The notes under the pieces were generated by a model that made no database searches, was not told where the DNA came from, and was given only the letters and a program-made list of their open reading frames with translations. A program made the position numbers and the translations under genes. A stretch of 60,070 bases of DNA, counting the filler, from Porpidia crustulata (Eukaryota), in the NCBI GenBank assembly GCA_964255105.1. It is 6 parts of 6 records of this genome, joined end to end, with 100 filler letters (N's around TTAATTAATTAA, not from the genome) between each part and the next. Parts side by side here need not be neighbours in the genome. Positions count along the whole stretch, not along the records: positions 10,036 to 19,969 come from CAXUWE010000862.1; positions 20,070 to 29,999 come from CAXUWE010000863.1; 4 more parts are not named here. The stretch is one strand, 5' to 3'. This document shows positions 12,383 to 23,629 of this stretch, one piece after another. Each line of letters opens with the position of its first letter. The stretch's first letter is position 1.

Positions 12383-13310
12383 CGAAGCTGCGGCCTTGTT
12401 GGTTCTTCACCTAGTAGCTGCTGCCAAATCCGGCCTGTATCGCAGTACCTCTTTCGAGAGGTCCCGGATACTCCGAGTCCACTGGCTTTTTCTCACTTCT
12501 GTCCGCACCAAGCAGCTGAGAAACGGTTCAAGTTTAGAAAGCCGGGTCTAGCCTGAGTATCGAAGATCTAGGGGTTGGGACCGTGGACCGTTCGTAGGAG
12601 GTAGCAATATAGGGTATAAATCACGAAAAGCCACCTGCGGATTGAGAAGGAAAGCGGCGCCAACAACGGGCGATACGAGGGACTCTTGCCGGAGCTATTG
12701 CATTAGATTGAATTGTGTGCCGAGAGCACTTGAAAGAACTGTTACCTGTTTAGAAGGTAATGATTCGGGGAGCCGCAGGAGGAAGGTGTCAGTTACTTTA
12801 GTAGGTGGAGGAAAGTTTGTGGGACAAGCAGAATCTGATTAGAAGGGTCGCAAAGTACAAAAGGTTGCGTAGTTGACATGCGTGATGAGAGAGGTTCAGA
12901 TCTTCTTTGAGCGTCTTGTTGTCTTGTTGGTTACAGAAGGCTCCGGTATCGATATCAGGCTACTGTGATGTAATTATCGTCAGAAAGTGACACAGGGCTC
13001 GGATTGGCCGGAACAACCGAGACCCTCATTGTGAATTTTAATACACAGATCTTTCGATAATAGGTAGGTACGGATGTCACTCATTCGCATACCGAACTAT
13101 TACAAGTTACAATTACTTGGGAGAGGAAATACTTGAAAAATGCTCTTGGAATTTTGTACTGAGTGTCTGATCCGATATCCGATTCATTAAGCTCATTGGT
13201 GTTGCTCTTCGTTGGGTATCTGCAGCAAGTGATCGCAAATAATTTATCTGAGCTGTCACGAGCATGTTCTGAGGAGACTATCAGAGCGGCAAATCTTGTC
13301 TACAACTGCC

Positions 13311-14909
13311 CTAGTGTCCTCTCTGTCCAGCCATTCTATCTGGCAAACGGCCCCTATCCCGTTCCTTATCCCACGCCTTATTACCGGTCACATTGCCTTT
13401 GGTTCGTCTCTTTGCTCTTTGCTCCCCTACAATGTCTTTCGCTTTTTCCCGCGGACCAATCACTACAAGACTGTCCTCGTTCTTCTTTCTCCAGTTTAGA
13501 TCCTTACCAAGTCGGTCCTTGTCGAAACTAAGAGCGTGCGACATCCAGCCTTTGTCATCTTCCTTCTCCGCCTCTACATCACCTGACAAGTGTTTGTCCC
13601 ATGACTGGCAGGATTGGCAATTTGCGATGAAGTGAAGGTCACAGAGCGTAGCTTCTTCATCCCCCACAACCTCTGACGTGCGGGTGTCATTGTCGGAAAC
13701 ATGCTCTTCATTAGGCTCCTGTGAAGGCGTCGTGTCTGCTGTCATCTCCGGCGGGGCTTTATCAAGTTTTGCGCGGAACGCAGCCAAGATATCCAGTGCG
13801 TCCTTGTCTTGCAGCATATCTCCTCTACCGCCTTGTTTCCTTTTACGCCCCCGCATGGAAGTTGCCGGTATCATTTGCTCCAGCGCAGACTTCTTGCTGA
13901 TTGGTACTGGGGGTGGAGGTAGGTTTCGTTTCATGGAAGCCTTGAGATCTGCAATCTGCGCATTCGTGCGATCTAGAAGACTAGAGACTTTCCTGACTGC
14001 TGCCGGTTCTGGAGAAGCCGAGACAGAACGAGAGGGCTTCTCATCGTTCGCTAGGGGAAGTTGGGTCTTAGGATCCGGTTTTGAGATCGAAGGGGGAGAT
14101 CTAGATCGAGAAGTCTTCCTCCGCATAGTCTTTCCCGAAGTGTTTGGTTTCGCATCCATTTGCGGTCCCCCACTACTCTCCTTCAGGCCGCTAGATTCAC
14201 CCTTCTCTACAATAAGTTTGGGGTTCAGTCTTTGCTTCTTCACGAGGGATGAACCGCTTTCGTTCTCCCCCAAATCTGCTCCGAAGCTTAGAAGTTGCTT
14301 GAACGCTTTCTTTCTCTTCTTCTTCTCGTCCTTCTTCTCCTCACCAAACGTAGCTTTTTTCTCCCTTCTCATCATATCTTCAAACGGATTCACCAAGATT
14401 TCTACACCCGTAATTTTAGTCGGGTATAAAGGTCTCTCGTTTCCATCACCATCCATAAGATCTGCTTCCGCCATCCTCATCAGATTATAGATTGTCTCCC
14501 CTTCCACTCTGCCAAACATGGTATTCTTCGCCTGCAACTCGGACGTTACCCCCAATGTCAAGAAAAACTGACTTCCGTTGTCATTCTTGCGCCCCGAATT
14601 GGCCATGCCAAGTAGTCCCCTTCTGTTAAACTTCAATCGACTATGAAATTCATCTTCAAATAAACCACCATCGTATATAGCCTCACCACCTTCACCCGTC
14701 CCTGTCGGATCTCCACCCTGAATGATGAAACCTGGCACAAGGCGATGGAAGATAGTCCCGGTGTAGTATCCATCGAGACATAGTTGAAGGAAATTGCGGG
14801 ATGTGAGAGGTGTCTGCTTTGCGAATAATTCGAGCAGCAATTCGCCGGAAGTGGTTTCTAGGAGGACTTTGGCGGTAGGTTGTGGCTCAAGGTTGTATAG
14901 GGAGCTCAT
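13311..14909 (-). CDS. CWC27: Spliceosome-associated cyclophilin-type PPIase Cwc27
   Basis: MSSLYNLEPQPTAKV..RNFLQLCLDGYY..FHRLVPGFIIQGGDPTGTG..DEFHSRLKFNRRGLLGMAN..NGSQFF, a long charged C-terminus and the CDLHFIANCQSC motif. Confidence 0.93.
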   Translation of the reverse strand: MSSLYNLEPQPTAKVLLETTSGELLLELFAKQTPLTSRNFLQLCLDGYYTGTIFHRLVPGFIIQGGDPTGTGEGGEAIYDGGLFEDEFHSRLKFNRRGLLGMANSGRKNDNGSQFFLTLGVTSELQAKNTMFGRVEGETIYNLMRMAEADLMDGDGNERPLYPTKITGVEILVNPFEDMMRREKKATFGEEKKDEKKKRKKAFKQLLSFGADLGENESGSSLVKKQRLNPKLIVEKGESSGLKESSGGPQMDAKPNTSGKTMRRKTSRSRSPPSISKPDPKTQLPLANDEKPSRSVSASPEPAAVRKVSSLLDRTNAQIADLKASMKRNLPPPPVPISKKSALEQMIPATSMRGRKRKQGGRGDMLQDKDALDILAAFRAKLDKAPPEMTADTTPSQEPNEEHVSDNDTRTSEVVGDEEATLCDLHFIANCQSCQSWDKHLSGDVEAEKEDDKGWMSHALSFDKDRLGKDLNWRKKNEDSLVVIGPREKAKDIVGEQRAKRRTKGNVTGNKAWDKERDRGRLPDRMAGQRGH

Positions 14910-17032
14910 TGTGAGCAAGAGACCTTGCTTTACGGCCTGACCCGCTGCTTAAGATGGGTACTGCATTGGAGATGCATCTTGTTGAATGATTACCGAGGTA
15001 AAATCTCTAGATTATATAATCTAAGGGGAAATGGATTTTCCGATCCGAGCCATTGGTGGCCCCTGGAGGCAGTCGCACGAGCTTGAGGTTAACGAAATAA
15101 AAATTGCGTCTTGTCAATTGAGTCGAAGCCTCACGATGCGCAAAGCATCAAATATCGTAAGAATTCTATGCCCTAACCCTAGTCCAAATCTTGTCATTTG
15201 GGCGTTATGAAGGTATCTCAAGCCAATGATAACAACGCCAGTGCAAATAGAGCTTAACCCCAGACCCTTTGGATCACATGACTGAAATTGACCCGTCGAT
15301 CTTAAAGGCCGGGGGCCGTTTAATGCGTGGATCTCTGCATTGGGTTCTGTGGGTTCGGGACTCAGAATTCTGTGACCAGTCAGAATCGCAAAACAGTGTT
15401 GTTGGCGCACGCTAGGAACGTTGCTCAACTCCCGATTCCCTCTGCTGGGCACGAAGGGGCACGGTGACCACACTTTCCAACGAGATATGATTCGACTCCC
15501 AATGCTTTCGGGTCTTCTGATGTTCTATCTCTTTGCCAAGGAATCTGCATTACTATCATCATGACAGCTGCAGATAATGACTGCAAGTGGCTGCAGGTGT
15601 AAGGTCTTGCCGCCTGCCAAAATGAGGGGTTTGCAGCAGTGCGTCGGATTGTCATTTTATCAAGTAAGTGGATGACGGCAACCCCGAAGGTTTCTCTTCC
15701 AATGGTGTGCAGGTCGCCTCTCTAGCGAAAATCTGCCCAGCTGAATCTGAACGTGATATATCAAAGGGGAATCCAGTCGATATCTTTGCCTTCGATTATC
15801 ACGCATGGCCCACAAGGGCTACGACAGATCCACCCTTTTTCGAAACGAATTACCAGCTCCTAGCAGCCAAAGGGGCCTGTCGCTGTTAGTCGCATCAAGG
15901 ATATGCCCTGATGGTCCATATCACACATCCAATTCGGGCCCTAAAGGCTGCTCCCGTCGTTTGGCATTTGAGCCGACAGGGGAGTCATGAGGCATTCATC
16001 TCAGGAGTCGCGACTCAGATAGTCATGGCCAACCACTTGTTTGGTGGTCGAGTACTTAGGTGCCTCAGTAGCGTACATGGGCGCCCCAATCAAGGTTGGA
16101 AGATGCTATTCATGATCTGTATGGGCAGGCAGAATAGCGAATTGCAACTTTGTGGAATCTGGAGTCAGATGCGAGTACGAGATTTTCCAAGCCCAGTCCA
16201 TAGCGACGAGCAATTGTGAGCAGGAATCGGTCTCATGAATAATTGGAATTTCCGGCTACCCTCCCTTGCCTATCATTACCGATGAGATAAAGGAGTGACC
16301 GAGAGTGTAAAAATCTTGTAGAATCCGGATGTGTCCCCTTTTCTTCCCTCCCTAGCCTACTAGATCACTTGTTATATAAAGGCAGCAGTCCGATTCGTTA
16401 CCGAGACGCTAAATCTCTTTAGTGTGCTCGTGCGAATTAAACCTCAGACTCGAAGCTCCTCACTTCTTCACACCTCACTTTTCGCACGTCACAGTCCGAA
16501 CCATACCGTCTCTTCTTGTATTTCGCACCACCTCCTACAATTCCAAAGCAGATTCATCTAGTTCTGGAGAACTGGCAGTCAACATCTGCTTGGGCTTTAA
16601 CTGCCAGTGCCTGTGTCACAAGCCCGTAGCTCATGAAGCTTGAGCTTTAGTCTCGTTCTATTGGCGGAAATTCAGCTATCAAAACGGAATCATCACGATC
16701 TCGCTGTGCCGTAGATTCTATGAGCTGCTCACGATCTTTATAAATCCAACGAATCCCACGGCTGAAACGACACGATCATCGAAACGACTTCCGACGACTA
16801 ACCGCGATAGACTGTCACCGACGTTTACCATACCTACGGGATCTTGTACATTAACATTAAAGCTTACCTACAGCTGCCTTGCATAGTCTGCGCTTCAAGG
16901 TGTCAAAAGAGCAAGTCTGCGAGATCACTCGTTGTTTCGAGTGGTGATCATTGACTTCAGGCCAAACTCGGAACATCCTCAGCCGTCGTACGCCAATCCT
17001 TCTCAGTCTTGCTGATCGACCCAAAAAGCAAT

Positions 17033-19003
17033 ATGAACAGCCATCTTCATCACCACGATATGTACTACGACCAATCGTCCTCGCGCTCTCCAGGCGCTCA
17101 TCGACATCAACAGCAGACCCTCCATAGACAGCCCTCCCGACAATTTGATGCTTATGGACAAATGCCAAATAACGTCTACTCACCCGACGATCACACACTC
17201 AGATATGATGGCAATAGGTTCGATCGGATGAATGCGACAATGCAGGGTGGTGGAGGTTATGGTTACGAGATGCCAGGTGCTCAGACTTGGAACCACAGTG
17301 CATTCGGTGGAGGAAATAATTTCCCTAATTTTGGCGCTACTGGGAGGATGAAATCAACTTCTCGAGGGCGAAGCGCACTACCTACAGTAAGCGCATCCAA
17401 TTTCTCTAAGTTGAGTCCTGTTCAGCGCCTCTTGCTAACAATATGCCCCAAAGACATGGCTCGATCAGCAGCAACTACCCACCATGAATCCATATGGTGG
17501 AATTGGCCCCTCACCCCTGGGAGGGTCGCAGCTTCGGTCAGAGCAATATACAACGGATCCTGATGAGGAGCTTATACCAACGGCTATTGTTATCAAAAAC
17601 ATTCCATTTGCCGTGAAAAAGGAGCAGCTTGTAGATTTAATGACGCAGATGAACCTTCCGCTGCCGTACGCGTTCAATTACCATTTTGACAATGGCGTTT
17701 TTCGTGGACTAGCTTTCGCAAATTTCACGTCGGCGGATGAAACCGCTACTGTTATCGACAACCTGAATCATTTTGAGTTGCAAGGTCGGAAATTGAGGGT
17801 CGAATATAAGAAGATGCTGCCACTACAAGAAAGGGAACGCATTGAACGGGAGAAGCGAGAGCGACGTGGGCAACTTGAAGAGCAGCACAGGCCGATGATT
17901 AATCAGCTGCATAACCAACCGTCGATGTCTTCAATGTCCTCGCATGTTCCAGCAGCATCGCCATCACCAATATCTTCTAGGAATGAGAAGCCAGGTGAGA
18001 AAAGCAATGTTTAGAAGTGTCGAATCGAGCTAATCTGAATCGTCAAGACGTAGATCTCAACGACCGGCAGACCTTAGAGTACTATTCGCAGCTACTCCTT
18101 TTCAAAGACGACCACTCCCGAGAAGCTTTGATTTTCCCTCCAAATCTGTCTCCGCCTCAAAGACGAATTGTACATACATTAGCCCACCACATGCAATTGG
18201 CCCATGTCTCACGCGGAAATGGAGAGCAACGTCAAGTCCACGTATACCGAGCTTCACAAGGCAACAATATAAGCCCACCAATCCCGCAAGTCTCTGCTCT
18301 CCATGGTGGAGATGTTTCACGGAGAGGACTCAACCGAGCGGCTACTATCGATTTCAACGATGCCAGGAACTCTGATTCCGGAGCGTACACTACTCTCCGC
18401 GGTCAGCAATCATCGGGGTTTTTGGGCGTCCCTGACTCTCCAGGTGGCTTTGGAGTCCAGCAGAATCTGCGCCCAGCTAAATCGTTTGCGGATTTACGAT
18501 CTTATTCGCCATCCCCTGTCCCATCCTCTGCTAGCTTTCCTGCCGCTCAGCAATCCAGTATGCCCAGATTCCAAGACTACGGACCTGGTAGCGCCGCGTC
18601 TATGACGCCGACCTTGACGCCCACAGCGTCCGGTCAATCCCTGAATCAGCACCGTGATGAAGGTCTATTGGTCAGCGGCCTCGGTGGAATGTCAATCGGA
18701 AGCAACCTAGGCCCAAATGGCGGTAGCCCTCGTCGGCTCCGGGGAATGTTCTCTTGGGACCAAGACCATCAGCAACCAAATCTTCAACAAGCATCCGCAG
18801 GGCCGATCGGTAGTAACAGGTCATTCAGCATGAACTACGACGATCATTCCAGAGATCGAGGCCAGAATCTACCCATGAGACAGCCCCGAGGACCTGGAGC
18901 TGAGCGCAGCAGTGGCTTTCCTAGAGGACGACAAAACGGACACCAAGGTCGCGGCAGTGATGAATTGAGGGCCTCATCGAGTGTGGAAATCATCGTCGAG
19001 TAA
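17033..19003 (+). CDS. PIN4: RRM + R3H RNA-binding protein (Pin4/Cip2-like)
   Basis: RRM TAIVIKNIPF..FRGLAFANF..GRKLRVEYKK; R3H motif QRRIVHTLAH. Introns 17387-17453 and 17995-18047. Confidence 0.85.
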
Positions 19004-19969
19004 GGACGACACGTTACGTGTTCGCTAGAGACTAATTCAGGTTATCCGGAACACGACTTATGATGGACGATGATACGAATTAGAAAACAATTATACGGGG
19101 CAACCCTTCGACGCCGGACTCGCAACGATGCCATCCCTCGTAGATTCATATTTTCTCGACATTTTTGCGGCACACGTTGTTTACCATATCAGACCCTTTT
19201 TCAAGTCCTTTTATCGCCAAAATTTCACCATATCGAGTTGTAACTATCGCATCAGAATGCATTATGCGTACTATTGCGTGGTTTGGGGTTCTCACACCTG
19301 CCATCCTCCCCTTTCAAACGATTCCTGAAATTTACGCTTCGCAAAATTGTTGTCCGAAGAAATTGTACGCTACTGTCGCCCGTTGGACGACTCGAGTTAT
19401 TACATGCCTGTCAGCATTTTTCGATGTTTCAGATGCTTTCGACCAATAAGATCGACGACGCAACTAGGCCGAGGACACGATAAGGCCCACACCCGCACCA
19501 GCAAACAGCTATAAAACATCTGTCATTGGAATTGGCACGCGGGAAATCTTTTCTTTTTTACATCGGTTCCCCCCAGCCTAATAAAATTTTCGCAGGCACA
19601 GAAATCCACCTTTGTAATTATCAGTGTTGCCGTTTTTTGATCCTCTTCAATGTCTCGCGCCACTGTGGACTTATAATTTTTAATAATAGAAACAATTTTT
19701 TCCTCCATGGAAATCTGCTTCAAGCGTTGTGCGTGGGTTAAGCTCATCGAAGGTGTCTGGATCGCTGCAATTTATAAATACGTGACCGGGATCCCGCCTC
19801 ACATCAACCGGGCCCCTTTCTCCTCCAGGGAAATTGTTACCGCTTCCCACGGGTAAGAGACCGCGAGCCTACGTCCGCAGCTACTTTTCCCTCTTCCCTC
19901 CTCTATCATCTTCACTCGTTTCCTAATCCCCCCACCCCCCCTTCATTTCCATCGATCCCTTCCCAACTC

Positions 19970-20069
19970 NNNNNNNNNNNNNNNNNNNNNNNNNNNNNNN
20001 NNNNNNNNNNNNNTTAATTAATTAANNNNNNNNNNNNNNNNNNNNNNNNNNNNNNNNNNNNNNNNNNNN
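19970..20069. other. Artificial contig-joining spacer
   Basis: N44-TTAATTAATTAA-N44. Confidence 0.98.
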
Positions 20070-20975
20070 GTGTATAGTGCCCTATCCACACTATACCTCA
20101 GCCTACGGCATCGGCACCGTTACACACGTACAGCGTTTATTAAGTAACGCTAAAAAAAGAAAAAAAATTTTTATTTAATAATGTTGTTGGAAAGTGCGGT
20201 AGGACGAAGGCCTAACCTCCTCATTATCTAGTCGGTGTGAATGGATGGATTGGATCTAGTGATAGGGCTTTGCCCTACCCCTGTCTTATGTGACCACCTG
20301 GCCACTCAACCTTCTAGTTCTGTACGTAATTCAGTAGCAATACTACGACAGTCACCCTGCCTGTTCAACAAATGTTGTTATTAAAATTAAAAAAACTGTT
20401 GGAATATAAGCCATTATAGTGCTGTAATTAGTGTGGCGGCCGTGCTTTTAGCTTAACAGGTTATGAGCCCGGGTTAGTGCAGGCGTGCGACGTGTCGTAA
20501 AACCCGTATCCGGTTGCGAACAGACTGTGGTAGAGCCTTTTCGAAGGTCCGGAAGGTTGCGCGTTCGAATCCCTCTGTCGGCATCTTCTTGATGTAGCGA
20601 AGGCGTACTACGCATGAGTGGAAGTGGATTAGGCTAGACTCAATAGATATTGAGGGCTCAGCTAAGAGTTTAATGAGTGTAGATTACTACATGAGATAAC
20701 TGCTAAGGAGCGGAGCCATATGGGGGTTGAGCCCCCATATATAGAGGTGGGCTCTACCGGTTCTACTGGCTTTATTGGCTCTACAGACTCCGAGCCGAGT
20801 AGGGCTGGTAGAGCTGGTAGAGCTCGCTAGGAGAATCGTTAACCCGCTCCTAGCCTTACTTGTCTATGGGCCTGGACCCCTGGTCCGTAACATTAGCCCT
20901 ATTTAAATCCCCAGAACCCTAACCCTAATGCTTAGGGTTTTCGAAGTAGGGGTGTATTCGAAGTAGGGGTATATA
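20070..20975. repeat. Degenerate repeat / transposon-relic region
   Basis: No credible ORF. Contains AT tracts, several short inverted repeats (20718-20740; 9-mer GCTCTACNG units at 20751-20786 inverted at ~20798-20823), a tRNA-like segment and CCCTAA/TTAGGG motifs. Sits at a contig edge. Confidence 0.5.
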
Positions 20976-21097
20976 CGTGTAGCGTAAGAGGTACTGTTCC
21001 TCGCGATTGAGAGTTTTTCGCGGACGCATTGAGCCCTCAGTATTGTACACAATGTAGGTCACCCTCAATAAACTTATTACCCTTCTCAATAGAAACG

Positions 21098-22939
21098 ATG
21101 TCCACTCTTCTCGTCGCATCGTTTGCGACTGTGGTTGTGGCTTCAGGTCCTCGTTCCAACTCGCAAGCTTGGGAAATAGACCTTCTACAGATATTGATTG
21201 CCGCATTCTTGTGTTTTCTACCTTTCGGGTTACCTCTTTTTTGGAGGTCCGCTTGGATCGATCCCAGGGCCTCTCAGGGCTCGTTTTTCAAGGATATGGA
21301 TGATGAAGCAGTCTTGGCAGGGGAAGATGCACCGTACTATGATCGGTCTACACAAGAGACATGGAAAACTTGTTCGGACAGGACCAAATGAAGTCAGCGT
21401 GTCGGATCTTTCAGCCATCAAACAGATATATGGTCCGGGAACAAAGTTCAGGAAAAGTGATTGGTACAGTGTTTAGCAAGGACATCGGAAATTCGATCTC
21501 TTCGCCGAACGCGACGAAGATATACATAGAAAACAACGAAGGCTTGTCAGCGGTATTTACTCTATGAAGTCTTTGAAGAACCTCGAAACCTATGTTGACG
21601 GTGCTATCGCTTACTTCATGACCAAGATGCGCGAGAGGCAAGGGGAAAGCATTGATATGGGCCTTTCCGTTCAGCTTTTCGCCTTTGGTCAGTCTTTCGT
21701 TCGTCAGATAGCAGCCAAAACAAGGATTGAGTAAACGTAGATGTCATTGGCGAGGTGACTTTCTCCAAGAGATTCGGCTTCATGGACGCCGGCCATGACA
21801 ATGATACGTTTGCACGAATTGAAGGGCTTCTGCGCTCCGCCTCGTGGGTGGGACAGATACCGTCTTTCTACTGGCTTTGTGATTTCTTGTCGCCGATCCT
21901 AAACTTATTAGGGATAACCTTAGGGGTACAAGCCCGCCATGGATCGCTTCGTGATTTTGCATCGAAAGAGGTCGACAGTCGGAAGGTTCGAGGAAGTGAT
22001 CATCGGGATATTCTCGATAAGCTATTTGATATTCAGAAAGAGAAACCTGGTGAGATGAGCCACACAAGCGTACTCTCGATGGCAACAAGTAGTGTGACTG
22101 CCGGTTCTGATACTACTGCCATTTCCACGAGATCGGTCATATACTACTTGCTTAAAGAACCAAAATACAAGCAACGACTTATCGAAGAGATTGACATTCA
22201 CAGACGAGACGGAAAATTGACTGAGCCAATAACGCTGGAGCAGACCATGCGAATGCCATATTTGCAAGCCTGCTTGTGGGAGGGCCTCCGCTGCCACCCT
22301 GCAGTTGGGATGAGTTTACCTCGTATAACACCGTCAGGTGGCATCAAAATTGACGGTCGATATATCCCGGAAGGCGTAGGTACTATGATAAGTATTGCGC
22401 TCAATGGTAACGTGAGTCTAGACGGTAATAGGTGTAAATCCATGGGTCGTCCACAGGAATTCAGAGGTTTTCGGCGAAGATGTAGAATCTTTCAATCCGG
22501 AACGCTGGCTAGGTGACACTGGCGATGTGGGTACCACATCCCTTACTTGGCACATTGATGGAAAGGCTAATGCATGTCCAAGAACGCTTCTTTTTCGCTT
22601 TTGGTTCCGGGGCACGCCTGTGTCTTGGGAGAAGTAAGTATTAACGAGTGGTTGTAGAGTACCATAAAATTATTCCCACAAATAGATCACTCGGAGTTTA
22701 CTGAAATATATCCCATAGATTTAAGCTGGATGGAAATGTCCAAATTGATCCCTACTCTTTTCCTCAAACTTGACCTTGAGCTTACCGACCCGTCAGCAGA
22801 GTGGAAAGAGACTTGTTGGTACAAAGCTGTGCCCAATTTCATGATTCAAGATAGCGAGACTAATATGAATATTAGGTGGTTTGTGAAGCAGGAGGGACTG
22901 CATGTGATTTTGAAGTCAAGATGGGTAAGGACTATATAA
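21098..22939 (+). pseudogene. Cytochrome P450 (pisatin demethylase / benzoate monooxygenase-like), apparently disrupted
   Basis: Motifs IPGP, VRTGPNEVSV, AGSDTTA, EGLR, PERW and heme motif FGSGARLCLG are present across spliced exons. A frameshift at ~21212-21220 and an in-frame TAG at 21474-21476 interrupt exon 1. Confidence 0.8.
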
Positions 22940-23629
22940 TGATTACAATGACTACGTCGACTAGGATTCTATGTTGGGCTCAGTGAATTTCTGACTCATC
23001 TTTCGAACTTCTTGCTCATTAGTATTGGGATCAATGATCCAATGCTGTGATTATTATCTGACGCCGTCGGCGAATTCAGGATTCCAGCTAAGAGCCTTAT
23101 GGCTATGGAATTGAAAAATCTTAAGATTTTACAACGCTAAAGGAAACAATAAGGGCTTCTCATTGTTTGGCTCTCACATGGGCTTAGGGCTGGTTGGTAA
23201 ACCAATTCGGAGTCCATTTGACAATTTGGATGAAGAGATGATGCAGGCCGCACACGACAATAGGCAGGATTCAATCCATAGTGTTGGACAATAAGCATTA
23301 CTCGGTGGCAGCGATTGAATCATCATCCACCATGAAATACCTACACCATCAGCAGACCAGTGGCCTGTCAGTCCACCCAGTGTGTCTTAAGCAGTGTAAT
23401 CCAAAGGTCCTAGTTCAACCCGAACGCTTATTGCTAAGGTTCGGATAAAGGGGGTAAACAAACATCATAATATATGGGATATAGAGTGATTGCTGAGTCG
23501 CTAGTATCTAAGCTCGACTCAGTCAGTAAAAGGACAAACAATGACAATCAGACATCCACTACTTCTCTGCTTCACAGCAGTACAATAAAATCTGTTATTG
23601 CTCCTTATCGCATCTATTGTGTCCGTATA

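Noticed and set aside
13678..14490. 270-aa plus-strand ORF
   Set aside because: Antisense to CWC27, with low-complexity S/F/L composition typical of shadow ORFs.
19523..19747. 74-aa minus-strand ORF near the contig 2 end
   Set aside because: No recognisable motif. It could be a terminal exon or relic, but the sequence gives no support.
20070..20124. Possible LTR 3' end (..GCACCGTTACA) at the contig start
   Set aside because: Only ~55 bp are visible, with no partner LTR, PBS or TSD to confirm it.
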